From positions 868,001 through 932,000 of the forward strand of contig NW_026515671.1 of NCBI RefSeq assembly GCF_025526975.1: DNA of 64,000 bases, in the 5' to 3' direction. Below are positions 50,940-62,854 of this stretch, piece after piece. Both the position numbers and the translations under genes were made by a program. Each line of letters begins with the position of its first letter. Positions within the stretch are counted from its first letter, which is position 1. Source of the DNA: Fimicolochytrium jonesii (Eukaryota). Below the pieces are notes generated by a model. That model worked only from the letters and a program-made list of their open reading frames with translations. It searched no databases and was not told the DNA's origin.

Positions 50940-52319
50940 TCATCTAAAAGCTTCATCCCTCGGCCCTCGGGCGTCTCTCCAGCCCCTCGACGCATGCGGC
51001 GCCGCTCCATATCCCCTCCCATCCCGCTGATGTTGCCCATCATAGTGATGGTTTCGCTGCCGCGACGACGAAAACGACGAGAACCCACTCGCCCGCGCTC
51101 TAAAGTCCGCCAATTTACTCTCGATCGCACGCGCTTGGCTAGACCACAGCGGCTCGTAAAAGTCCGTCACGTAAGATGCATACTGTTTCACGATGTCTTC
51201 CTCGCTGCCCTCGAGGAGGAGGAGGGAGTCCACACCCGACGCATCGTCTGCGGCTCGGACTCGGGCGAGCGCTTGGCGGAGAGTGTCCAGCGCTTGTAAA
51301 CCGGCCTCATTCCTGTTGAAACCGGCTGCTACTAGGTAATATGAGCTGCGGATGGTGTGGAGCTGCGTGGGCTTTACTGGGGTGAGCCGGTCGAAGTGTT
51401 TGCGGAGGAAGCAGAGCTGTTCGAGGTTGTGCAGCTGCGGCTTGATGTTGGAGACGATGACCATGGTCCCGCCGTGCGCTAGATTCTGCATAGCGGCTAG
51501 TAGTTGCGAGAAAGACAACAACTGCCGTGCACGGACCCGCATTGGCGGCGGTCCTGTCCGTGATGGATCCGCCGTGTGCTGATCCCTGTATATGGAGCCG
51601 GCTATCACAAGGTCGCACGCTGCCTCTGGCGATCCCTCCTCGCCACCATCGCCCTTCTTCAGGTCCTCGTACCAGATCTCCTCCGGCCGGTCCGTCACAT
51701 CCCTATACAAGCATCGGTACCGCTCCTTCTCCTCCAATACGCCGTCAAGGATCATCGGCAGCCCACCCACATCAGGAGGCAGCGTGACGCCCAATCCATG
51801 CGCATCCGCGTTCTGCTCCAATACCCACCTGCTGAACCCACCAGGCGCACATCCAAGGTCAAGAAAGTGCTTCACGCCCCCGTTCTGCAACTTCACACCC
51901 GATCCCTTCGCTACTTCCTCCATAGCTCCTTTGAACTGGTTGGCGAATCGTGTGTCTGGAGCGGAGGAGGGTCGGCTTGAGGTGACCTCCTGTTCGCTGC
52001 CGTCTTGCCCGACGGTATCAGAGTCCTTTTGCACGGCGGTGAGAGCAGCGGAATGCGCTCGGTTCTTGCGAAACATGCGTTCCACGGTAGGCTCGTTCTC
52101 AAATTCTTCTTTCAGGGTTTGCAGACGACGCAGCGTCTCGCAGTGCGTATACAGGTGTCGGTAGAAAAAGTCCATGTCCTCCAGCGACGGCTGACGCTTA
52201 CGATACTCGCTAGCTGAACCTTCTTCGCCGGATACTGTTTCTTCCTTGGAAAGAGGGCCGTCCTTCTTGGACTCCCTCTGCGCCGCCGCTGCTCTTTTGT
52301 GCGGGGGAACGTATGCCAT
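50940..52319 (-). CDS. FtsJ/RrmJ-like SAM-dependent methyltransferase (fungal subfamily), intronless
   Basis: FLDLGCAPGGFS SAM motif, GVTLP, GGTMVI, KP..H.IRSSYYLVA. Confidence 0.85.
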   Translation of the reverse strand: MAYVPPHKRAAAAQRESKKDGPLSKEETVSGEEGSASEYRKRQPSLEDMDFFYRHLYTHCETLRRLQTLKEEFENEPTVERMFRKNRAHSAALTAVQKDSDTVGQDGSEQEVTSSRPSSAPDTRFANQFKGAMEEVAKGSGVKLQNGGVKHFLDLGCAPGGFSRWVLEQNADAHGLGVTLPPDVGGLPMILDGVLEEKERYRCLYRDVTDRPEEIWYEDLKKGDGGEEGSPEAACDLVIAGSIYRDQHTADPSRTGPPPMRVRARQLLSFSQLLAAMQNLAHGGTMVIVSNIKPQLHNLEQLCFLRKHFDRLTPVKPTQLHTIRSSYYLVAAGFNRNEAGLQALDTLRQALARVRAADDASGVDSLLLLEGSEEDIVKQYASYVTDFYEPLWSSQARAIESKLADFRARASGFSSFSSSRQRNHHYDGQHQRDGRGYGAAPHASRGWRDARGPRDEAFR

Positions 52320-52645
52320 TCTGTGTTGACGACTGCAGCGCCAAAGTGAGTTCGAAGTTCGGGGAGAAGGCCAAAATTGGAGTTCCCAGAAAGGGACCTT
52401 CAGGATCTTCAGGTGATGGGCAGTGCAAGGATGAATCGGGTCTTGACCGTCACAGGCATCAAGTCGAGTATATAAAGTTCGGAAGAGGTGCAGGACGAGT
52501 CATGTCACCATGTCACCAGACCCATCGAATATGTGTGAAAATTCATTATTCTTCAACAATACACCTCTATATAAGTCAGCACACCCCCAAAATCTGACCT
52601 AACCCCTCTGATCCCCTCCTTTGTCCACCCGCCTTAAGCGAACAG

Positions 52646-54486
52646 CTATCGCCTGCTCTTCAGCACCTTCTTAATCGCAGCAGCAACGACGCTACCAGAC
52701 TTCTCCACCTCCTTACGAGAGTGGCTGGCAGAGACGGCTATGCGGATACTCGGGGAAGGCACGTTGAGTTCCTGTCCGTGGACGTACTTTGCTCGAGTAA
52801 TGAGGACACCGTTCCGCATGGCTTCCTCGACCACTTCCTGGAGCGCCTTTTCTTGTTCATCGACGGGTTGGTCGAGGAGGTCCGAGAGGCGCACGTGGAG
52901 AACGGGTGACTCGTCTGGGCCGCTGCATTCTACCCTCTGCACACCCTTGCGAATCGTTTGGCGCATCAGGACCGAGTTCTCTTGCAACCTCGTGACCAGT
53001 TCTGGATGTGCTTCCACGTGCTTGATGCCCTCCATAGCCGAAACCGCCAGAAGCGCGGGCAAGGAGGCGGAGAAGACGTAACCCTGACCGCTCAGGCGTT
53101 GATGCTCGACAATCTCTTTCGATCCGCAGCAGAAACCACCGCCAGCCCCCAGGGTGTTCGCCATGGATGCAGTGATCATGTCGACGTCTTTGGGTGAGAT
53201 GCCGTAGTGGTCGCAAACACCGGCGCCGCGTGGTCCGAGGACTCCCAGGGACATGCTCTCCTCGACAATCAAGCGGTACTTGTACTTGTTCCTCAGTTCG
53301 ATCTAGGGTTGAAGATATCAGGTCAGCATTGGAATGGTACCACCAACAGCCTAACTCATAGTCATCCATACCAGTTTGGGCAGTGGGCAGATATCTCCGT
53401 GGTTCACGTAGAGTCCTTCAACGACGATAAATTGGCGAGTAAGAGGCTTTTTCTTCTTCAGAGACTCTTGCTGGACCTGCTTCAGGACTCGCTCCAGGTC
53501 TTCCATGTCATTGTGTTTAAAGTACTTGACAACACTCCTCGACACTTGAATGCCCTTCTGAACCGCAAAGTTGACGCCAGAGTCTCTGTGAATGAAAGAA
53601 GGTGAGCCACTGATACAGATAGACCTGATCGTATTGCTGGAGGAACTTACGCAACGATGATGTCGCCTCGCTTGGAGAAAGCGGGGATGACACTTCCAAT
53701 GGTGGAGAATCCCTGAGAGTACACAATCGCATCCTCGACTCCAATGAATCTCGACACCTCCTTCTCGAGGTCAATGTGTACATCGATCGTTCCATAGAAG
53801 CCACAAGGTCCACAGGTTCCCACGCCGTACTTCCGAACAGCTGCGATGGCTTTCTCCTTCGTGGATTCCTGGTTCATAGCTCCGAGGAAGTTGAAACTCG
53901 CAAGATTCAATTTCTCCTTGCCGTCCGCAAGCTTGACTTTCGGGCCTGAGGGTCTGGATGAAGCGATTTTAACCAGCCTTGTTCTTTCGAATGTGCTTTA
54001 CCAGATCTCCAAGGCATACCCGCTAATGATAGGGATCTTCTCCAACTCCAATCGTTGCGCCTCAGTCGGTGGAACGACCAACGGCTCCGGCTCCCATTCA
54101 TCGATCAGCTCTTGTATCTCCTATTCACGGTAAAGCAAGTGTGAGAAGTTGCTCTCGAGTTCCGCAGCTGTTGCAGGCGAGCGGAAGCCTCCCAAACCAA
54201 CCTTCTCCGTCAAAATGATCTTCTCGTGCTGCTTTCCAGGCTTGTACTTCTTGCCGCCGAAGTACCAGATCAAGAAAATGACGAGGCCGATTTCCAAGAG
54301 GGTGCGATAAGGATCGTTCTGGTAGGACGACTTTACGTACAGCGCAAGAATTCGGCTGCCTGGAATGGCGCTGTACATGTTGGACGCCAAGGCAATGGTG
54401 CTGTTCACTGTCACCACCAACGAGTCCGCAAGGTCTCGTGCGGCATCGTTGACGAAGGGTCCTGCATATGATCCCAGTGTAGACAT
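52646..54486 (-). CDS. LCB1: Serine palmitoyltransferase subunit LCB1/SPTLC1
   Basis: [86 protein letters not shown]. Confidence 0.96.
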
Positions 54487-54857
54487 GGTCACTGCTTCTA
54501 TTCGACTGTTCGGCGGATATCAAACGGCTGCGAATGGTAAACCATCAGTTGCCACCCTAAAAGGCCAAGAATGACTCAAGCAAAACCTGTTCCTCACCTT
54601 GTGTCTGAATATATATAGATCGACGCTTTGAGGAGCCCTGTGCCACTGGTTTGACTACTACCGACTGACTGCCAAGGTCTCAATTCTAGGTGACAAGGGC
54701 AAGGGCAGAATGGGCGTCCCGGCGAAACGCAGAAGTTTTTGCCGCGGCAGGTTGGATCTCGAAATGCACTTGCCAATTGGCCGCCGTTCGTCTTTGGCCG
54801 CCGGGACGCGTTCGGCAAAAATTGTCGCTGATGACTCACGAACGCTGGGTGAGGGTT

Positions 54858-54876
54858 TCGACAGTAATACTGTCGA
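54858..54876. promoter_or_regulatory. Perfect 9-bp inverted repeat TCGACAGTA-A-TACTGTCGA in the LCB1/ICMT divergent promoter
   Basis: Read directly from the sequence. The half-sites overlap the recurrent ACAGTA/TACTGT motif. Its function is inferred only. Confidence 0.4.
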
Positions 54877-55622
54877 CCGAGTGCAGAAAATACTGAGAGA
54901 TGGGAACGACGATGTATGGTACAGTACAGTAACTTTCAGATGTCCACCGTAGCAGATGTCCCGCCGAATTGTCAGGCAAGAAGATATCCACTGCTGACAG
55001 ACCCTTCTGACCGCAAGCTTGTCAGATCACATGTGAGCAGCCACGTCGGGGCGCCGTCGGCCAAGCGGAAAACCCATGCGAACATCTTTGTACTGTACGT
55101 CAATTGGTCATAAACCATTGAATGCAGCGTACTGTACTCTATGTACAGTTTATATATAGCGTGTATGTACACCCCCCTTGCAACTCACATGCCATCTCAT
55201 CCCGCGGGGAAGTGGTTATAAGCCGACGCAGGGTAATTGCTGCTTAAATTGCATAACTGCTCCAACTTCCCATACGGACTGTGCTGCTTCTCGCCGATTG
55301 ACTTCCGTCAATTGATCGACCGCAAGCCACGCTTGCTTGCCCGTCACACGCGCTCGCGTAACGCGTTCCCTATTGCTTTTTTCTGCGGGAGACATGAATT
55401 AACATCTTTGACCGTCACATCCCAGTGTATGGATACCACCAGCAAATAAGGGTTTCCAAATTTCTCCAAAAACGGTCCGCCGAGTCCATCTCTGTCCATC
55501 ATGGGTGTGCTTGCTCCTCTGCAAGCATAAAACCCAGACAGCAGCCATCTCCAGCTCTCTCGCCATCCCGCACGAGCGCCTGCGTCCCAAAGCAACCTTC
55601 AGCTAGAAACAACGAGAACATT

Positions 55623-56375
55623 ATGGACATCTCCGGCATCTACATCACCAAAGCCCTCTCCTCAGGCCTGCTCGCCTACTGCGTCATCCGCGTAATCGCC
55701 CCACCCACCACTATCTCCGCCGCCACGGCCTCCGACGCCCACGACCCGGTCTCCTCTTCCACCAAGCCGCGAGACTCGGTCTCCCTCCTCGCGACGCCAA
55801 CCGCGCTGCGCGTCGTCCTCAACACCGTCCGCATCCTCTTCCCGCTGTTGACCGTGCTGTATGTCGCGCAAAGTAGCGCGGTTCGTGAGCCGTGGTCGTT
55901 GGCGGAGGTGCTTGCGCTCGCGACCGGGGCGTTTGGGGGGTGGTTGAGGGTGGCGTCTTATAGGGCGCTGGATAAGTTCTTTACGTATCGGTTGACGATT
56001 CAGAAAGGTGCGGAGGATTTTTGGGGTGTCCACATCCGCGTGGAACCTTCTTTTCGTACAACAAAAACCACCTCCAACTCATACTCATATCCTGTACCCT
56101 TTTCTCCTTAATCCTTGTTAGATCACACCCTAGTCCAAACCGGCCCCTACAAATACCTCCTCCACCCATCCTACACCGCTCTCGTCCTCACGGGTCTCGG
56201 CTACGTCGCATTCCACCGCAGCTCGCCCATCCTCGCCTCAGCCTGGTTGTTTGTGTCGTTGACGGCGCTCGCCGTTCGCCTGACGGAGGAAGAAGCAGCG
56301 CTGGCGGAACACTTTGGCGAGGCATGGAAGAGGCATGCCGCGGAGCGGTGGCGTCTAATTCCTGGGATTTGGTGA
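55623..56375 (+). CDS. ICMT/PEMT-family isoprenylcysteine carboxyl methyltransferase-like membrane protein, 2 exons
   Basis: LRVASYRALDKFFTYRLTIQK|DHTLVQTGPYKYLLHPSYT, RLTEEEAALAEHFG..W, RLIPGIW. Confidence 0.88.
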
Positions 56376-56996
56376 TTCGGGAAGAAGTCCTACATCTCGT
56401 TTCAAGAATAACGTAGCTGTGAGCAGATTAGTGTTGGCATACATAGCTTGGGCAGTGAAAATGCGGGAAATGTAGTCTAGATTCGGCATAGCGGCATAGC
56501 CAGTTTTAAGGGGATACCATAACCGATTACCCACCATCAAACTCCTCAGATGGCAGAAGCCCAACTGAGAAGCTAAACACGATAGAAGGAATAACAAAAA
56601 CATGTATATGGTATGGATACTTCTTGCAAAAGAATCAGATTCATCCGCCTACTCGACATGCTGAAGGCCCCACCCGTATTCGAGGCCCTTTTGAACAACA
56701 GAATCGTACATAAATATTTCCCAACTCCGATTCTCCGTTCTTGCACGTGGCCCCAAGTTCTCTGCGCTAATCGTGAAAACCGTCATGCGCTTGTACAATG
56801 GATTCGCGTTGGCTACTCCCATCTATCGGCGTGGTGATTGTAAAGTTTGCCCTGGGGTAACCGCGGAGGGCGGCCGCTTCGAGTGGACTTGGCAAGGGAG
56901 TCGTCCAACTTCCGATAGCTACACCGTCCTGCTGATAGTTTCTGTGCCGCAATGCCTCGTCATTACACCCGTGAATGCAGCTGAAACCGCGTGCGA

Positions 56997-58831
56997 TCAG
57001 TATCCCCGATCCGGCCGCGGTTGTTGGCCATTAGCGCTGGGCATTGACAGGTTCTTTCCCGTCGCTGGCGTCGCCCGAGAACTACTCCTGGCTAGATTGG
57101 GATCTGAGTACCCGTATTGTGGGGATGCGGCGCTGGTGGGTTGCGTGCCAGCTGGGTAGTACCCATACTGTTGCTGTTGGTTGCCAGGGACCACTGCTGA
57201 GGGGGTGTTCGAGGCGTAATTAGATTGGTTTGTGGTGGTAGGTCGAGGGGCGTTGACGTTGCCAGCGGACCGGCGAGGGGCGGCGGCGCTTGTCACGGCA
57301 TTAGCTACGCCGGTAGCATTGGGTGCGCGCTGTGCACTGCGAAATTCATTCTTCAATTCAACATTCAGAACGTACGTAAAGAAGTGGCACACTCACCGTT
57401 CTGCGTCTCCTACATCATTGGCTTCTCGTGAAGATGGAGCATCGCGCCCTTCCTGCTGCTTTCGAGTTCAGAAAACTGTCGCACATCGCGATTTGCCAAA
57501 ACATTGTAGAAAACCAACCTGATACTTAACCACTGTCCAATCAAAGACATAATCATATTGGTAGCCCTCACGGATGAAGAGATCTCGAAACAGCTTTCGG
57601 AGGTAGCTGTAATCGGGCTTGTCGTCAAAGCGCAATTGCCTTGTGTAGTTCAAATACATTGCAAACTCGTTCGGGAACCCTCTTCGATGGACAACGGATC
57701 TGTAAGCCGCAGGTATTCTGAAAGCCAGAATGCAAAGGAGGACGTACCTGCACAGCACTTCGGTGGGCGTTGTCATCTTTTTCTCCATGATACGGTCATA
57801 CTTTTGCTTTTTCGTTGCCGCTTTCAGCCCTTGCCACGGCAACGAGCCTCGGGAAAAGTACATCAAAACATAGCCCAGAGACTCGAGATCATCGCGGCGC
57901 GATTGTTCTGTAGCAGGAAACACATCAGAAACTTCCTTGGTCATCTGCGTGCGTCCTGGCCATGAACATACCGACTCCCAGGTGAGTATTGATACTCGCA
58001 TATCGAGCTGTGCCTGTCAGGTTCTTGTTCTCCTTGTATGGAATATGCAGATGTGTTTTCGGGTCGCGATATTTCTTCGCCAGTCCGAAATCGATCACGT
58101 TCACTTGGTTTCCGCGTCTTCCGAGCCCCATCAAGAAGTTGTCTGGCTTAATATCTCTGTGTATGAAGTTCTTCGAGTGGATGTACTCGACGCGCGAGAT
58201 CTGCACAGGAATATCTCGCGTCAGCTCGTGATTCTCGACATACTGCTCTACACCGCCCAATATGTCACCGACCAGTTGATCTGCTAGCAACAGGACAGTC
58301 TTCAAGGTGAACTTCCTCCCACAGAAGTTGAACAAGTCTTCCAAGCTGGGACCCAGCAGATCGATGACCATGCAGTTGTAATCACATTCGATGCCGAACC
58401 ATCGAACAAATGGGATGCCGACTAAGGAGGACAAGGTCAATTGGGGGGAAGTTGGAAGGAACTCGGCAAAGCCTCGACTACACATACCGCCACCCGCGAG
58501 ACTTTTGTACACCTTGGCTTCATACTCAAGTTGAGGATGCTTTGCCTTGACCGCTTCGAGTTTTATTGCAACCTCTTCACCGTTTATGATGTTTGTGCCT
58601 GAAAAAGTGAGGTTATAAGTCCCACGCTCAATTTGTTCGTTCGGACGATATGTCTTCTGCTCCAGCGAATGAAGAAACGACCGTATGACCAGACGGCACT
58701 CCACACTCCACTGCACTCCACTTTTCCACCAATGTGATCGGCGTCACATACTCACCCAGGTAAATGTCACCAAATGACCCACTCCCAATTTTGCGACCTA
58801 TCCGATATTTGTTCCCCACTCGCAAGTCCAT
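56997..58831 (-). CDS. HRR25: Casein kinase I delta/epsilon (Hrr25/Hhp1-type). An in-frame upstream ATG lies at 58870, and there is a probable 5'UTR intron at 58892-59081
   Basis: [88 protein letters not shown]. Confidence 0.96.
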
Positions 58832-59834
58832 CAACGAGTGGGGTTGGGAGCCACTTTGCGCCTGCTGCATCCTGCGACGTAATGTCTATCGCTGCCATGT
58901 GCAGAAAGGATAGAGAACGCGGGGCGTAGGTCAAAATCGGCAAGAACTCCACCGAGGAAACACGTGAGGCTCCCAAGGAGGTGCCTTTGCGGTTCCGCAT
59001 AGGCACTATCGCCTTGGGATAATGGAACGGAACGACACAAGCGGCGTGCGAAAGCAGACCGTGGATGGTGGCACAACTCACCAGCTGATTGGTTTTTTTT
59101 GAGTAAAGCACGACCGCTGGAAGTTCGTTGACGTTTTGAGATTAGAGCGGCAGCCGGGTAGCTCTTTGGCAACGACGAGATGGTATAAAAACGGCTAGCG
59201 TGAGAGGCTGAGAAAAAGCGGCCTCCTCGACTGATGGTCTGGTGTTTTGCGCTCGGTCGAGAGCACGGGAAACGTGGGAAAGGCAAGCGTCAAAACTGGT
59301 TATTGGGTGAACGGCGAGATTTGATTGATGATTTTGTGAATTTGCCAAGTCGCGCTGATATGCGCTCGGATCAGCTGTGACTCTGCAGTGGCATGTCAAA
59401 AAGGCGTCAATGCACCGCACCGCTGGTTTCTGGTCCATCTGGATCGACACTCTTTCCTTCGGCAAGCGCGCTGACCCGACCAGCACATCGCCTCAGCAGA
59501 GTCAGCACGGTCTTCAGCTACGGACTGGGACCGTGACATTCCGGTTAGAAGGACTGGTCATATGATAAGCGCTTCATCTCTTTGCTATGTAAAGATCAAA
59601 GTACACCACAAAAGTACAAGATTCGCAACATTGGAATAAAGCTCACTAGGCCGGAAAAATTCGTATATATCAAGAAGGGCTCATTGCGCCTGTCCTGATG
59701 GTTTGTGCCTGAGGCTTCCAGTGCGCTTGTTGAGTTTGAGACGATTGGGAAAGTCCAGTGTATGGCGTTGACACATGTGGAAGACCTTCAGAGACCACGA
59801 ACGCGCCTCGCGGGGTTCTCTCCGCTTTTGATGA

Positions 59835-61202
59835 CTACTGAATGCTAATAACCTCGACCCCTTGCATGCCGTGAGGCACGAAGGTGTCCTGCCCACCGTG
59901 GAAGAAGATCCCGCGTCCGGCGCCCTTGGACACGGATCCGCTAGCTACCCTCTTCCTGTTGTTTCCGACGACGAGTATCTGAGGTGCTTCCTTTCCGACA
60001 AGCTCGCGAATGCACGCGCGGGGGTCGCCGACTCGGTATGTGACGTAGACGTCGACTGCCTTCTTTCCTGCCTTGCCGAGCTCCCGAATGGCTTGGCATG
60101 TGATGAGCTCGGCCTCCCCACGGGCGCGTAACTCGATGCTACGAAGCATTTCAGCTGCTGCAGAGTATGAACCTGTGAATTGAAGTTAGGATCAGTATCA
60201 GACACGGGAGCTGCAGTGACCGCATTTACGAACATGCCGCATACCTTTGAAGCCACGCTGTTCACGAACGACCCGCACAACGTACAAAACGTCGCCAGGA
60301 TGGACCACTTTGTCGCAAGCGTACGCCAGGGTATTGAGGCCGTCTTGATCAGCCGCGTCAACGGCGACCATCACCTTCCGGCCCGTCAGCGGTGTAGCGT
60401 CAACAACTTCCTGACCTTCCCTGTGTCGTTCGACCGTCTCCGCAACAGACTCCGGTACGCGGTCTCCGGCATCGTTCACTGGGGTGCCAGGCCTACTGTG
60501 GGCAGACAGATTGCGTTCCGCATGAACTGTGAACGCGAAGGTTTGCTTGCCGTCGGCGTCATTGTTCTCGGACCTACACATACCGCAAATTAGTAATGGA
60601 AAAGGGAAGACGCTAAATGCCCAGAAACCATAGCGCCAAGTAACTTACGAGTGAAGGTCGGAAGAAACATTGAACGTTCCAGTCAATGAAGGGGAGGCTG
60701 GGCCCCAAGCGCTCGATGTTGTAAGTCCGGAATCGCCAGCAGGTGTAGATAAGCCAGATCCTGAGGGGTTGTAATGACCCCCTGGGATGAATGGGCTCTG
60801 TCTAGGACCATATACGGAAGGGCTCTGCTTGGGCGTAGCGCTAACACCGGAGGTCATTTGCTTAACCCATGCCTCTCGTGTGAAGGTGCGCGTGAGCGCC
60901 GGCCTTTCGACTACTGTCCTCAGTGGTCCATTGTCAATACCAGGGTTGGAAGACCCGACCAACCCCGCGAAATTGGCATCACCTTGTTCGGGCGCGTTGT
61001 CAGAGACTGCCGCAAGCTCCCCAACGACCTTCGGTTTGTTCACGTCTTCCTCCCCATATGGTGTATATTGGGAGCTATTTGTCCTAGCAAGTTGAGGAGC
61101 AGCGCCGGATGCACGGTATCGAGAGGTATCTTGGTATGAGCAGGCGCGGGAGTTTAGTTGAGGGCGACGCTGTTGAGCGACGCTTTCCATAGGGACCGGC
61201 AT
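59835..61202 (-). CDS. USP-domain protein with a long S/T/P-rich disordered N-terminus, 3 exons
   Basis: RKVMVAVD, LAYACDKVVHPGDVLYVVRV, VGDPRACIRELV, ILVVGN. GT-AG introns occur at the ORF breaks. Confidence 0.75.
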
Positions 61203-62854
61203 GATAGAATGGTATTGAGTGATGCGGTGCGCCAGACGTGGGGAAGGAAACGCAGGTGGCGGGCCAGAGAGACGTAGATATGAGTTGCGCGTTGAGAATA
61301 GACAGAGGCGAGGAGGGCCTGCAAAGACTGTTGCTTATTGCAGTTGGTCGTAGTCCAAGGTTACGCTGTGTTGCCCAATTCGGTGTGAAAGAGTCTTAGA
61401 AGGCTGACTAACACTGGTCGATCACCCCTTATATATGCACCGCCTGCGTCGTCTATAAGGAACTGTATCGGTCGGGGGAGCACTCCACAGCAAAACGCAG
61501 CACGCTGGAATGGAGAGAGGGGAGTTTGTAATAAAGCAGCTGTGGATTGCTATTTCCTCACCGCCCTGCATCAACCGGAGAGGGGAAAAAAAAGGTGTCC
61601 AACCCTTGTGGATTGATTGGGCGGAAGGGGGGCAGCACAGCTTGTGGCGATGCACGCTGGCTAAATCGACAGGCGTAGCCCTCACCACCAGGCGATGATG
61701 CAACCCCAGATTCTCAATCGGCCATCGGCAACAAAGGGCGTCAAACGACCTCACGTATTTATTCCCTTGTCCCCTGCCCGCCCTGTGGGTTCTTGGACCG
61801 CCTCCACTCCGGCGGCCCCGCACTGCCATGCTCACTATATGCATCTAGGTCGTCTTCGTGAGGGGTATCAACAATGAATCAAAGCAGGGAATTTTCCGGC
61901 CCCATGTCCTGCAAGGAAAGACGCGAGTGATGATTCCTTTCTAGAAACCCCCCAGAAATAACTCCGACTTCAAACTCAGGACCCGACTGCTTTCTCGTCC
62001 TCCACACCTCTGTCCGCACGGTACGTATATAGCCTTGCAGGGAGGTCGAAGGTGCACAGTTCTATATGCCTCAAAAAAGCATCTGAGGGTACATGGATGA
62101 CGGTCACTTGACGCCCCAATCTGACGCCTGTTTTGGGCTTCCGCGTCATTTGCGCCAATGTCCAGACATCCAGACTTCATACTACCGGCTCCCTTCTACC
62201 TTACGTTTATTGTGTATGGAATTCCACTGCTTAAAAGCGTTTTGATGCGGGGGACAAATGGGAAGCCGGCGGTGGTGCCTGGTGCCTGGTGCTCCCCGCC
62301 CAGTCAGCCTCGATTATGTAAGCTGCATTTATTTATTTTTAGCGTTTTTGCGGCCACTGGTTAAGGGTTAAGGTAGTTAAGCTGTTCATCGGTCTTTCCT
62401 TTCCGCTTCCCCTACTGTTTGAGGTTGCATGCAAAATCTCGCAGTCCTCGTCTTCTGTAGATCTAACACTACGTTACCCATAGGACCGGTAATAGTACGC
62501 ACGACAGCTGGTTGGACCAGCAGACCAACGTCGTACGTACGTCCTTGTTTCAGTTTTTATCCAGCAGGGCAGCCACCCGCGGGGTTACAGCAACCAAGCC
62601 TCTGCCACTGTTTTCCTGGGCAAAGTCATTCCGGTAAGCGCATACTTTCGATAGGCAAAGCTATCCGGCAAGGGGAGTTCCAGGGCTACCACTTCTCGCA
62701 GAACTTCTGGAAAAGTTTTTGAAAATCTCGACTTCTCCACCGTATAACATTTCTTAAACCGTTCATTCATTCTCTTACCTTGGACACTTGCTAGAAATTG
62801 CGCCAGACTGCCCCTTCAAACCTACACCAACTCAGCGGCAACAAATCGCCTCTC

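Noticed and set aside
54828..54897. TGATGA...CTGA pair resembling a C/D snoRNA
   Set aside because: The C box is imperfect, and there is no terminal stem or recognisable rRNA-complementary guide.
56008..56121. U12-like branch sequence TCCTTAAT in the ICMT intron
   Set aside because: The donor is GTGCGG, not GTATCCTT, so this is treated as an ordinary U2 intron.
58767..58898. Out-of-frame uORF overlapping the CK1 start
   Set aside because: Its ATG most likely lies inside a 5'UTR intron (donor GTGAGT at 59081, acceptor ~58892 or slightly downstream).
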